Origin: Vulcanimicrobiota bacterium
GTDB lineage: Bacteria; Vulcanimicrobiota; Vulcanimicrobiia; Vulcanimicrobiales; Vulcanimicrobiaceae
Direction: 5' to 3'
NCBI GenBank assembly: GCA_963795855.1
Contig: CAWCIZ010000003.1
Coordinates: 992,001 to 1,056,000 of the forward strand
Length of the DNA: 64,000 nt
Positions 1 through 10,420 of the stretch are shown here, one piece after another; position 1 is the stretch's first letter; each line of letters opens with the position of its first letter. Below the pieces are notes generated by a model. That model ran no database searches and was not told where the DNA came from. It saw only the letters and a list, made by a program, of their open reading frames with translations. Both the position numbers and the translations under genes were made by a program.

Positions 1-50
1 CTCGATGTGGGGCATGAAGCAATCCTTCGCGATGCGAACGACACCTTACT

Positions 51-884
51 ATGCGAGTTTCGTCGCTGGAGGACGTCCTGCTGGCGGCCGCTTACCTCCA
101 TTTGCCGGCTCGGCGTTTGCGTGCGCTGGTGCGCGGTGAAGAAGCCGCGCTGCGCGAATGGGTCGCCGAAGATACGGCCCGTAAGGTCACGCACGCGCGC
201 CATCAAGCGAAAACCGCCGCGCAGCGTCTGCGAAAACTCGGCGCGCGCCTCGTAACGATCGCCGAAGACGCGTATCCCGCTGGGTTGCGCGATCTCGACG
301 ATCCGCCCGCTTTCCTTTGCGTGCGGGGCGCGCTGCCCGCCGGCGGTTTGGCGATCGTCGGCACGCGCACGCCTCCGGCGCAAGCTGCGGTGTTTGCGCG
401 CGATCTCGGTTCGGCGTGCGGGTCGCCCGTAGTGAGCGGTTTGGCAGCGGGCGTGGATGCGGCCGCGCATCATGGCGCGCTCGAGGCGGGTCTCGCGACG
501 GTCGCCTACGTCGGAACGGGGCTCGGCATCACGTATCCGCCCGAACATCTCACGCTGGAAGAAGAGATCGTTTCACGCGGCGGAGCGGTCGCGAGCGAAC
601 GACTCCCGGACGAGCCGGTGACGAAATCTGCGCTGGTGCACCGTAACAGACTGCAGGCCGCGCACGCCGACGCCACGGTGCTCGTTGCAAGCGAAATCGA
701 CGGCGGCGCGATGCAGACGATGCGCTTCGCAAAGGACCTCGGCCGTCCGCGATTCGTTTTGGATGCGAAGGGTGAAGCGGAATATGCCGGGAACGTGCAG
801 GCCCGCGCGGACGGCGCAATCGCGCTGCCGTTCGACGTGAAGGCCGCGCTGAGGATCCTGCATGCAAACCTTCGATCTCGTTAA
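51..884 (+). CDS. dprA: DNA-processing protein DprA/Smf
   Basis: Motifs YPAGLRDLDDPP, AIVGTR, VVSGLAAGVDAAAH, RNRLQAA. Confidence 0.9.
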   Translation: MRVSSLEDVLLAAAYLHLPARRLRALVRGEEAALREWVAEDTARKVTHARHQAKTAAQRLRKLGARLVTIAEDAYPAGLRDLDDPPAFLCVRGALPAGGLAIVGTRTPPAQAAVFARDLGSACGSPVVSGLAAGVDAAAHHGALEAGLATVAYVGTGLGITYPPEHLTLEEEIVSRGGAVASERLPDEPVTKSALVHRNRLQAAHADATVLVASEIDGGAMQTMRFAKDLGRPRFVLDAKGEAEYAGNVQARADGAIALPFDVKAALRILHANLRSR

Positions 885-2142
885 CCGCGCGCAAGCGGTG
901 CTTGCGGCAGGCTGCGACTCGCCCGTGCGTTCGGGCTGGTCGGTCGGCGGCGCTCCGTTTATTCAATCGCGCGGCGCCGGCGCCTATGCGTACGATGAAA
1001 ACGGCGACCGTTTCATCGACTACATCATGGCGTACGGTCCGCTGCTCTTCGGACACGCGCATCCCGCGCTGACATGCAATTTGGAAGAACTCGCGGGTGG
1101 AGGCGCCGTGCACGGCAACACGCATCCGGAAGAAATTCGACTGGCCGAACGTATTCGAGCGTATTTGCCCTCGATGGAGCGCCTGCGTTTCACCAGCACG
1201 GGCACTGAAGCGGTCATGAGCGCGATTCGCGTCGCCCGCGCTTTCACCAAACGCAATCACGTCGTCAAGTTTGCCGGCAATTACCACGGACATTTCGATC
1301 TTGCGCTTTTGAACGCCGGTGCCTCGGCGCACACGGGCGATGCAAAGCGCGGCGGCATTCCTGAAGGGGTGATGCATGACGTGTCGGTCGCGCGGTACAA
1401 CGATCTCGAAAGCGTCGACGCGCTGGTTCGCGGACGCGAGCACGATCTTGCGGCGATTATCGTCGAGCCGATCGTCGGCAACATGGGATACGTAACGCCG
1501 GTTCCGGGGTTTCTCCAAGGCCTGCGCGAGCGCACACAGCGCTATGGCGCCCTGCTGATTTTCGATGAAGTCATCACGTGGCTTCGTTTCGGGCTGCGCG
1601 GCGCGCAAGGGCGCGCCGGTATTTTCCCCGATATGACCACAATTGGAAAAGTCATGGGAGGTGGATTTCCCATCGCGGCGTTCGGCGGCCGGGAAGACGT
1701 CATGCGTGTATTGGCGCCGCTCGGCGCGACTTTCACCGGAGGAACGCACGCGGGCAACCCATTCTCCGTCGGCATGGCGCACCGCACGCTCGATCTGCTT
1801 GAAGCGCATCCGGAATATCATCCGTACATGGACGCGCTCGCATCGCGCCTTGCCGCCGGCATCCGGGAAAGTTTCAGACGGCGCGGTTTGCCGTATGCCG
1901 TCGTCCAGCAAGAATCGATTGTCGACTTCAAATTTCGCGCCGGTCCGCCCGCCCGCAACTACGACGACGCGCTCGCGGCGGACAAGGACCGGTATGCGCG
2001 GTATTATCATGAAATGCGCAGGCGGAAAATTTTGCTGCCGCCCTCGCAAAACGAAGTGATGTTCGTTTCGACCGCGCATACCGCCGCGGACGTCGATGAG
2101 ACGATAACCGCTATCGATGAAACGCTCGACGTTCTTAGCTAG
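862..2142 (+). CDS. hemL: Glutamate-1-semialdehyde 2,1-aminomutase
   Basis: DSPVR, GPLLFGH, STGTEA, YHGH, FDEV and the PLP-lysine region GKVMGGGFP. Confidence 0.9.
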   Translation: MQTFDLVNRAQAVLAAGCDSPVRSGWSVGGAPFIQSRGAGAYAYDENGDRFIDYIMAYGPLLFGHAHPALTCNLEELAGGGAVHGNTHPEEIRLAERIRAYLPSMERLRFTSTGTEAVMSAIRVARAFTKRNHVVKFAGNYHGHFDLALLNAGASAHTGDAKRGGIPEGVMHDVSVARYNDLESVDALVRGREHDLAAIIVEPIVGNMGYVTPVPGFLQGLRERTQRYGALLIFDEVITWLRFGLRGAQGRAGIFPDMTTIGKVMGGGFPIAAFGGREDVMRVLAPLGATFTGGTHAGNPFSVGMAHRTLDLLEAHPEYHPYMDALASRLAAGIRESFRRRGLPYAVVQQESIVDFKFRAGPPARNYDDALAADKDRYARYYHEMRRRKILLPPSQNEVMFVSTAHTAADVDETITAIDETLDVLS

Positions 2143-3514
2143 CACGCCGCTTGCCGCGGCAGCCGGGACGTATGCGGCCGCAATGCCGCAACCGAGCACC
2201 GTCGCGGCGCAAGTCCGCGAGGAGTTTCTACACGCGTGGAACGGCTACAAACGCTTTGCGTGGGGCGCGGACGAAGTCGCGCCGCTGAGCGGAAAGCCGA
2301 AGAATTTCTTCGTGCCCGGGCACTCGTTCGGTCTGTCGATCATCGAAGCGATGGACACGCTGTACGTCATGGGCCTGGACGACGAACTCGCATCCTGCGT
2401 GGAGTGGCTGCGCTCTCACCTCGATTTCGACGTCGACGCGAACGTCCAGATGTTCGAGGCCGTCATCCGCATGGTCGCGGGTTTGACGACCGGCTACTAC
2501 GCAACCGGCGAGCGGTTTTTGCTGCAAGGAGCAGTGGATCTGGCGGATCGGTTGCTGCCGTGCTTCACGAAGTCTCCGAGCGGCGCACCGTACCGGTACG
2601 CGAACTTGAAAACGGGTGCAGTGAGCGATCCGAAGTCGAATTTGGCGGAGATCGGCTCCAACGTCCTCGAGTTCGGAGACTTGACTCGGTTGACCGGAGA
2701 TCGTAAATATATCGAAGCGTCGATGAACGCGTTTTCCGCGGTCATGAAGCGAAAATCGCCGCTCGATCTGCTGGGCACGTCCTTCCACGTCGAAAAGGGC
2801 GAATTCATCGGTTCCGATGACGTCGCGCCGGACGAACCGGTCGATTCTTTTTACGAATATCTCTGGGGCGGCTGGCAGTTGCTGGGCATCGCGCAATGCC
2901 GCGAATGGTACCACGAGTTGACGCGCGCCCTGCTCGAATACAAAGTTACGCACGTCGACGGGAATCTTTGGTTCAAAACGGTCGACTACACGACGGGGCT
3001 GCCCACTGGCGATGCTTCCAGCAGCGAACTCGCCGCCTTCTACGCCGAACTCGTCGCGAAAGGCGGCGATCGCGCCGTCGGCGAGGCGTTTTACGACTCT
3101 TGGACGCGCGCGCTCGATCGATACGCGCTCATTCCGGAAGTTCTCTTCTATCCGGACCTCTCGATTATCGATCCGCGACATTGGCTGCGCCCGGAGTACC
3201 CGAACTCCGCGTTCGACCTCTGGTTCCTGACGCGAGATCCGAAATACCGCGCCACGGCGTACCGCTATTTTACTGCGTTACGCACGCATTGCCGCACCGC
3301 GAGCGGATATACCGTCCTTACCGACGTTCGCACGCGCCCGATGACGCAGGGCGATTATTTTCCGGCGTACGCGTTTTCCGAAAATTTCAAGTACCTCTAC
3401 CTGATGTTCGCCGACGCGCCGCGCTTCGACGCGAGCGGCTATTATCTGAACACGGAAGGCAAAATTTTGCGCGGAATGCTGCGCGGCGGAAAGCCGGCGC
3501 ACCTCACGCAGTAA
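2117..3514 (+). CDS. Glycoside hydrolase family 47 (alpha-1,2-mannosidase-like), probably exported
   Basis: FLHAWNGYKRFAWGADE, DTLYVMG, LADRLLPCF, DSFYEYL, LRPE, ENFKYLYLMF, NTEG; Tat-like N-terminus MKRSTFL. Confidence 0.85.
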   Translation: MKRSTFLASTPLAAAAGTYAAAMPQPSTVAAQVREEFLHAWNGYKRFAWGADEVAPLSGKPKNFFVPGHSFGLSIIEAMDTLYVMGLDDELASCVEWLRSHLDFDVDANVQMFEAVIRMVAGLTTGYYATGERFLLQGAVDLADRLLPCFTKSPSGAPYRYANLKTGAVSDPKSNLAEIGSNVLEFGDLTRLTGDRKYIEASMNAFSAVMKRKSPLDLLGTSFHVEKGEFIGSDDVAPDEPVDSFYEYLWGGWQLLGIAQCREWYHELTRALLEYKVTHVDGNLWFKTVDYTTGLPTGDASSSELAAFYAELVAKGGDRAVGEAFYDSWTRALDRYALIPEVLFYPDLSIIDPRHWLRPEYPNSAFDLWFLTRDPKYRATAYRYFTALRTHCRTASGYTVLTDVRTRPMTQGDYFPAYAFSENFKYLYLMFADAPRFDASGYYLNTEGKILRGMLRGGKPAHLTQ

Positions 3515-3632
3515 ACGAGCGAGGCCCCGCCGGGACGCGAGGCCATCTCCTATGAAGCGCAAAGCGGGGATGGGGGAAGCGGATCGGGCATTGCGTTGGC
3601 GCGCGGGGAGGCCGGTCCGCTTCCTATTACTA

Positions 3633-4994
3633 TTATGTGCGAACCGGCACCGGATAAACGACCGGACTGCGTAAACCTTTTGCATCTACGGAACGCACGC
3701 CGAGAATAAAGTTGTCTTTGCTGACCGGCACTGTCGCTTCGGTGGCACTTCCGACGTTCTTCGCATACTGCCAAACCGGCGAGCTCGTTTCGCGCCAGAC
3801 GATTTCGTATTGCGAAGCGCCCGCAGCCGGCTTCCACCGAAGCGTCGAGTCATTGGTGAGGTGAGCGGTCACTAATTCCACCTGCGACGGCGCGTCGGGC
3901 CCTAGCGCAAGCGCCGCCAACGCGGCGACGTTCATGCGGGTGACTTGCGCAAGATACTCCGGGTCGACGTATTTCGGCAAGTCGCCGTATTGAACGCCGG
4001 CCTGCACGCGCACGTCCTGGTGCTGGTGGCGGAAATCTTCGTGAATTTCGACGAAGCGGATCGCGGGAAAGCCTTCCGCGGTAAACGATTCCTGATCGCC
4101 ACCGCGCAAAAACCGGTCGGCGCGGTAAATCAGCACGCCGTGCATCGGCGGAACGTAACGCTCGCTCGCCGCCTTTACGAAACGAGCGAGTTCGCGCGAC
4201 GGCGAATCGTTTTCCGAACCAACGAGATTGACGACGGCGTCTTTGGCTCCCAAGGGCAGCGCCTCGCTGAAGATGCGGACTTCGTTCAGGTCCGGAGTCC
4301 GGCGGGCGCGTTCGGCGTGCCGATGATGTCGTTGTTCAGGTCCGCCGACGACGTCGGTGCCTGCCGCCTTCATCTCCTTAGCGAAGTGTTCCGAACCCCA
4401 CAACCCCAGTTCCTCACCGTCGAAGACCGCGAAAACGATCGTTCCGCGAAATTGCGTCGACGCCATGACCTTCGCAGCCTCGATGACCGCCGCCGTTCCC
4501 GAACCGTTGTCGTCGGCGCCCGGCGCGTCACCGCGTCCGTCCGTGCATTTGCCGTTGCAGTCGTCGTAGTGGCTCGACATGACGTACGTAGGGCCCGGAA
4601 CCGAGCCTTTGAGCGTCGCGATAATGCTCGACTCGATGACGTCGCGCGGCGTTCGTTCGGTCTTCGGCTGCGTGAAGGTGTCGAGCGCGACGCTCATGCG
4701 GCCGCCGCTCGTTTTAGCGATCGCATCGAATTGCGCGCGGATCCAGTCGCGCGCCGCGAACACGCCGCGTGTGGAGGAATGAAGATCGTCGGAAAAATCG
4801 TTGCGGGTTCCGAACGCAACGAGCCGGCTGTCGGTTTGACGCAGATCGCTCGCGGAGACGGCTGCCACGAGCGCCTTGATGCGCGGATCGATCGGCGGTT
4901 GCGGTATGGAGGCATAGCCGGCGGCGCGTGCGACAAAGCAGCTCGACGCCAGCGCGGCGACCGTAAATGCGGCAAAGAGGCGGCGAATCTTCAT
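3633..4994 (-). CDS. Secreted M28 family metallopeptidase with C-terminal FN3-like domain (short internal out-of-frame stretch)
   Basis: Signal peptide, SSHYD, GADDNGSG, DGEELGLWGS, GGDQESF; the LNNDIIG motif reads in another frame near 4330. Confidence 0.85.
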   Translation of the reverse strand: MKIRRLFAAFTVAALASSCFVARAAGYASIPQPPIDPRIKALVAAVSASDLRQTDSRLVAFGTRNDFSDDLHSSTRGVFAARDWIRAQFDAIAKTSGGRMSVALDTFTQPKTERTPRDVIESSIIATLKGSVPGPTYVMSSHYDDCNGKCTDGRGDAPGADDNGSGTAAVIEAAKVMASTQFRGTIVFAVFDGEELGLWGSEHFAKEMKAAGTDVVGGPEQRHHRHAERARRTPDLNEVRIFSEALPLGAKDAVVNLVGSENDSPSRELARFVKAASERYVPPMHGVLIYRADRFLRGGDQESFTAEGFPAIRFVEIHEDFRHQHQDVRVQAGVQYGDLPKYVDPEYLAQVTRMNVAALAALALGPDAPSQVELVTAHLTNDSTLRWKPAAGASQYEIVWRETSSPVWQYAKNVGSATEATVPVSKDNFILGVRSVDAKGLRSPVVYPVPVRT

Positions 4995-5006
4995 AGCCGC
5001 CTCATT

Positions 5007-5489
5007 TCATTGTATTGCCGCTCTTTCCTGATGGTAGCGGTATTTTGGGCGCAGATACCGGCCCAGCACGACCTCCGTGCCACGGCCCGGAATGGAATGA
5101 ACCGCGAAAATGTCGGTGCAACGGCGCATAATCGGCAAACCTCGTCCGCGTTCGGTAAGGGCGTCGGGTAAGGCGATGTTCGAGGCGGGATCGGACGAGA
5201 AGCCGGGGCCGGAATCAACGATCGTTGCCAGGATTTTGTCATCTTCGATTTGACAACGCACTTCGATGACGTCGCTGGTGCGCGAGTGCTCGATAGCGTT
5301 TGCGAGCGCCTCGCCTACGGCAAAAATGAACTCTTGGAGTTCCTGACTGTTTATCTCGTGACTGCCGGCAAAGGACAAGACTTGGTGCCGGACGCTTCGG
5401 CTAAACCGCGCGTTCGGCGGTATGCGCACGCATAAGCGGTGCCCGCCGGATTCGCCCTGTCCGTCGAGTGTCTGGCCATTTGAAATCAT
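5007..5489 (-). CDS. RsbW-like anti-sigma factor / HATPase_c protein
   Basis: GEALANAIEH, DSGPGF, ERGRGLPIM. Confidence 0.85.
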   Translation of the reverse strand: MISNGQTLDGQGESGGHRLCVRIPPNARFSRSVRHQVLSFAGSHEINSQELQEFIFAVGEALANAIEHSRTSDVIEVRCQIEDDKILATIVDSGPGFSSDPASNIALPDALTERGRGLPIMRRCTDIFAVHSIPGRGTEVVLGRYLRPKYRYHQERAAIQ

Positions 5490-5539
5490 CGTCCCTTACC
5501 AGGGGCAGTTTACCTCGCCTCCAGAAAATTAAACTGTCG

Positions 5540-5830
5540 ATGGGCGCGTTCGTGTACATCCTTCGCTGCAGCGACGGCTCGCTTTATACCGGCTGGACCG
5601 ACGATCTGGATCGCCGCCTGGCGGCGCACGCGCAAGGCAAGGCCTCGAGATATACGCGGTCTCGGCTTCCGGTTCGGCTGGCCGCCTGGTTTGCACTGGA
5701 AAGTTCGACGACTGCGCGCAGCCTGGAGGCGCGCTTCAAGCGATTAACGCGGCGGGAAAAACTCGCGGCTCTTGCGGCGCGCCAGGCGTTCGGCATAACG
5801 ATGCACAACGCTCGCCACCGTCATGACGAC
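5540..5830 (+). CDS. GIY-YIG nuclease family protein (UPF0213-like); 3' end uncertain
   Basis: FVYILRCSDGSLYTGWT, RRLAAH, ASRYTRSRLPV. Confidence 0.85.
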
Positions 5831-6314
5831 GCACACTCCACCGGTCGGCGAAGAACTGCGAAACCTGCTGGACAAGGCGCGCACCTCGCAAGCGCGCATC
5901 ACCACGTCGAAAGGCGACATGGTGTTCACCTTTTATCCGGACGACGCGCCGCAGCATTGCGCGGCGTTCATCAAATTGAGTGAGAGCCGGCTTCTACGAC
6001 GGGCTCGACCTTTCATCGCGTCGAGCCCGGCTTTGTGATTCAAGGCGGCGACCCGTCGGGAAATGGGACCGGCGGTCCGGGTTACAAGCTGAAGGCGGAG
6101 TTCAACGCCCGTCCGCACGTGCGCGGAACCGTCGCGATGGCGCGCGTCGGCAAATCCGGACTCAGCCGGTTCGCAATTCTACATTTGCCTGGACGACGCG
6201 CGGTTTCTGGATCGTCAGTACACGGTGTTCGGGCAACTCATCGACGGCTTCGAAACGCTCGACGCTATTCGCGCGGGCGACGCGATGACGAAGGTGACCA
6301 TCGAACCGCGATAA
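5823..6314 (+). CDS. Cyclophilin-type peptidyl-prolyl isomerase (frameshifted)
   Basis: Across frames: GFYDGL, FHRVEPGFVIQGGDP, GTVAMAR, SAGSQFYI, YTVFG. Confidence 0.9.
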
Positions 6315-6326
6315 TTTCCGGAAGCG

Positions 6327-7211
6327 TTACAGGTCGGTTCCGGCTACGCGTCCATACACCAGGCGCGATATCTGCGCGATGCCGTCGTAGGCTTCGCCGG
6401 GCGCATCCAACCCGCTCGTATAGACGGCCAGCACGTACGGCGAGTCGCCGAACGGATCGACGATAGCCACGTCGCTGCGCGAGCGGCTCAGTTCGCCGGT
6501 CTTGTTCGCCACCGGCGTGCCGCGCGGCACGCCGCGCGGAATGGTGTCGCGATCCGTTTGCCCGAGCATGATGTCGATCATGCGGCGGCACGATTTCGGC
6601 GAGGCGACGGTGGCGATCTCTTCACGCGTGCCGCGTTCGAGTTCGAAAAGCAAATGCGCCATGTCCGCGGGCGTGGTGCGGTTGTCCATGTGGCGCAAAA
6701 TTGCGCTCGATATCCAGAAAATGCCGTTTCAAATGCGTGTTGTGCAATCCGGCGTGCCGCGTAACCGCATTGATGCGGCCGAACCCGAAGTGCGTGATGA
6801 GTAAGTTGCTCGCGGTGTTGTCGCTCAGTTGAATCATCGGTACGATCAGCTCGCGCGACGGTGAAACGCTGCCCGTCCGGCTGCGCTCGCCAGAAAATCG
6901 GAACCACCGATCAGCTCCTCACTGCGAAAAGTGATGCGCTCGCTTCATGACGGCGGGGTCGCGTTCGGCAGCCTTGAACGCCGTGAGCATGATGAGCATT
7001 TTGATCGTCGACGCGCTTGGAAACGATACGTTCGCGTTGTACGAGGCGAGCGGCGCGCCGAACGCCATGGTGTGCGCGTAAACGCCCACGTTACCCGGGA
7101 TGCTCTCGATTGCCGGCCGCAGCAGCGCGTCCAGCGGCGCTTGCGGCGCGAACTGCCTGCGGTAACCGACAATGCGGCGATCGAGCCGAATAAGAACGCC
7201 GAGCGCTTCAT
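6327..7211 (-). CDS. Class A beta-lactamase-like serine hydrolase (frameshifted)
   Basis: FPSASTIK (SxxK), SDN and KTG found across frames; N-terminus MKRSAFL. Confidence 0.8.
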
Positions 7212-8020
7212 CAAGACCCCGTTCCTTGGTAGTGCTGCATCCCGATTCGCCAAAATCCGTACGAGACCGCCAGCCAGCCCGCGCCGATCAGCGGAGTAAG
7301 CAGTCCGACTTGCGGTGAGAGCGCGAGTCCGGTTTCGGCTTTGTGCAGGAGAAACGTCGCCGGAAAGTAGTTCATGAAAGCGAACGGAAAGACGAACGAC
7401 AGAATGATGCGCACGCCGCGCGTGTAGATGCTGATCGGATAGCGCGTGAACTCCTGTTCCAACGACATGATGACCCAGCGCAGCGTGTCTACGCGTACGA
7501 ACCAGAACGAGACGGTCGCGACGGCGAGCGAGATGCCCAGATCGATGAGCGCGCCGCCAAGGATGATGAACGGCACGAACGTTATGAACGCCCAATCGAC
7601 GTGGACGCCGCAATAGCGCGTCGCGATGACGAAATAGGCGATGGCCAGCACCAGTCCGTCGGGAAAGATCTGCGAGGGAACGGTCAGCGTCTGAAAGAGC
7701 GCGTCTTGGGGCCGAACCAGAAAGCGGTCGAACCGCCCTTCGCGCACGTAGTCGGGAACGTTCACGACCGTGAAGAAGAAGGTATTGTGGAACTCGTGTG
7801 CCAGCATCCACAGCGCGTACAGGAACGCCATCTGTTTGAAATCCCAGCCGTTCATCGACGGAAACTGGCGCAGCGTCACCCACAGCGCGCCGAGTGCCGT
7901 ACCGTGGTACACGATTGTGAAGCAGAGCCACATGAAGAAGTTCGCCCGGTACTCGAGCATCGTCAAGAAATTGATGCGCCAGTATTGATAGTATGTGGCT
8001 AGCACTGCCGTGAAGTTCAC
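7211..8020 (-). CDS. ABC-2 family transporter permease
   Basis: Hydrophobic helices, EYRANF, VREGRFDRFLVRP, YPISIY, C-terminal YQGTGS. Confidence 0.9.
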   Translation of the reverse strand: MNFTAVLATYYQYWRINFLTMLEYRANFFMWLCFTIVYHGTALGALWVTLRQFPSMNGWDFKQMAFLYALWMLAHEFHNTFFFTVVNVPDYVREGRFDRFLVRPQDALFQTLTVPSQIFPDGLVLAIAYFVIATRYCGVHVDWAFITFVPFIILGGALIDLGISLAVATVSFWFVRVDTLRWVIMSLEQEFTRYPISIYTRGVRIILSFVFPFAFMNYFPATFLLHKAETGLALSPQVGLLTPLIGAGWLAVSYGFWRIGMQHYQGTGS

Positions 8021-8912
8021 GCTGGAGCGCGAAGTTTCCGTTCGTCCGCCGTACCGGTTGGACCTGACTGCCGACGCGCTGCGCCGGCTGGCCGCGAACG
8101 TCGTGGACGTCGTCAGCGACGAGGGTGTGTATCGCCGCGCCCTGCGCGACGAGCGCGGAACGAATCTCGTTGAAATTCGCCAAGCCGAGCCCGCGCGCTC
8201 TCTCGCTGCGCATTGCCGGACGCGGACGCGGTTCGTTGGGTCGCGACCGTGGAGCGCATGGTCGGCACCGGGGTGCGTCTCGACGACTGGTATCGGCGCG
8301 TGCGCCCGTTTCCGTGGCTTGCTTTTCTCGCGCGCGAACTGCGCGGTCTTCGGCCTCCGCGCTATCCGTCACTTTGGGAGGCGCTCGCACATTCGATCGT
8401 TTTTCAGCAGATCAGCATTCACGCCGCCGCGTCGATCATGCGCCGGTTTATCGAAGCGGTGGGAGAGCCGGTCGACCACGCGGGCCGCGCGTACTACCCG
8501 TTTCCTGTCCCGCAACAGCTGCTGGCGTGCGCCGACGACGCGCTGCGCGGCGCCGGTCTGAGCGCAAACAAGATCGCGCACTTGCGAAGCGCTGCGCAAG
8601 CGATCGCTTCGGACGAGATCGCCGATGCGCAGATCGAAGCACTGCGACAGCGAACAGGCGGCGGAACGGCTGTGCTCGATACGCGGTATCGGCCCGTGGA
8701 GCGCTGCGGTCGTGCTGCTGCGCGGTTTCGGCCGGCTCGACGTATTCCCGATGAAGGATTCGGGCGTCGCGCGAAGTCTGCGGATGCTCTCGGGCAACCC
8801 GCTGCTGGACGCCCATGAACTGCTCGAAGGGCTCGGGCCGGTGCGCGGGATGCTCTACTTTCATCTGCTGCTCGGCCGCACGCGCAACCTCGTGCCGTCC
8901 GGTGCGGATTAG
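8010..8912 (+). CDS. alkA: AlkA-family DNA-3-methyladenine glycosylase (frameshifted)
   Basis: AlkA N-domain RPPYRLD, EALAHSIVFQQIS, HhH motif LCSIRGIGPWSA, FPMKD. Confidence 0.8.
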
Positions 8913-8919
8913 AGAGCCT

Positions 8920-9654
8920 ATGAACGAAACCACGCCACGCACGTTCGACGTGCAGCGATCGGCGCAGCGGTATCACGCTCGCCATGGATGGCTCGATACC
9001 TACCATTCGTTCAGCTTCGCCGACTACTACGATCCCGCCAATTTGCATTGGGGCGCCTTGCGCGTCTTCAACGACGACCGCATCGCGGCCGGAACCGGTT
9101 TCCCACCGCATCCGCATCGCGATATGGAGATTCTCACGTACGTCTTTTCCGGCGAGTTGGAGCATCAGGACAGCATGGGCAACAGCGGCGTCGTCAAACC
9201 CGGCGGCGTGCAGTTCATGAGCGCCGGCACGGGCGTACGCCACTCCGAGACGAACGCGCGCAAAGACTCTGACTTGCATCTCGTGCAGATGTGGGTGCTG
9301 CCGGGAACCACCGGCGCGCCGCCGACGTACGGGCAAGCCGATTTCACGCGCAGCGATCGGCACAACCGCTGGCTCGCGGTAGCGAGCGGACATCGCGCGA
9401 TTCCCGCGTCTATTTCACTCACGCAGGACGCGGCACTGCTCGTCGCGCGCCTGGAAAGTCATGAATTGCGGCACACGTTCGAGCCCTCGCGGTACGGCTT
9501 CTTGTTCGTCGGTGACGGCGAAATCGAAGCGAACGGCGAGCGCCTGCAGGCGGGAGACGCGGTGCGCATGTACGCCATCGAGCGTCTCGATCTGCGCGGC
9601 AGCGGCGAGGTCGTGCTTTGGGACTTACCCGCCTTGAATGACGACGCGGCGTGA
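8920..9654 (+). CDS. Pirin family protein
   Basis: HSFSFADYYDP, HPHRDMEI, HQDSMGN, MSAGTGVRHSE. Confidence 0.92.
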   Translation: MNETTPRTFDVQRSAQRYHARHGWLDTYHSFSFADYYDPANLHWGALRVFNDDRIAAGTGFPPHPHRDMEILTYVFSGELEHQDSMGNSGVVKPGGVQFMSAGTGVRHSETNARKDSDLHLVQMWVLPGTTGAPPTYGQADFTRSDRHNRWLAVASGHRAIPASISLTQDAALLVARLESHELRHTFEPSRYGFLFVGDGEIEANGERLQAGDAVRMYAIERLDLRGSGEVVLWDLPALNDDAA

Positions 9655-10420
9655 TGCGGCGCGCCACACGAGCGTCGAGAGGACGCTGAAGAGCCCGAGC
9701 CACAAGATCTGCACGAGCAGGTAGCGCCCATACTCGGGCGGCCGGATCGCACCGACGTAAATGAGCAGCGGCGTCGAGTAAATCGCCGCGAACGGCAGCG
9801 CGAACACGACGCGCCCCAGAACGCCGGGAAAGAACGTGAGCGGAATGATCTGCCCGCTGAGCAGATCCGAAACCCACCTCACGATGCAGCTGGATCGCGA
9901 ACGTCTCCAGCGTCCAGAACGCGATTGCGTTCATCAGAAAGTTCAAAAAGAAATTGACGAGGTAGCCCAGGAAGAACGAGAGCAGGAACATGCCGAAGAC
10001 CGGCGCGGGCGGCATGTCGATGTGCACGAGCAGCAACGCGAAAAGCACCGACGGAATAACGAGAATCGCGTGCAGCACCGTCTGGCCGAAGCCGTCGCTG
10101 AAGAAATAGAACGGCACGCTGATCGGCTTCATCAGGTCCGTTGCGATCGTGCCTTCACGCACCTTTTCACGGATGAGCCGCGTTCCGTCGATCTCGAGGA
10201 TCAGCGACATGAGCAGCGCCACGGTCGCGTACGTAATCATCGAGTGCAGCGGCAGGTTCATCGGCGCGGCGTTTTGCGCGTAGAGCGCCGTCCAGAGCGA
10301 GCGGAGTAAATACACACGCACGACGAGCGAGCCGACTTCGGTGAAAACCTCCATGCGGTACGTCGCTTCGCGCGCGAACGCTTTCTTCGCGAATTCGGCG
10401 TACGGCTCGAGCGCTATCAT
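9625..10420 (-). CDS. ABC-2 family transporter permease (frameshift near 9885)
   Basis: VREGTIATDLMKP, LSGQIIPLTFFP, C-terminal VVIQGG. Confidence 0.88.

Noticed and set aside
550..2199. Long antisense ORF over hemL, and similar ones over metH, pgm, btuC and boxB
   Set aside because: Typical stop-poor antisense frames in high-GC DNA with no recognisable motifs.
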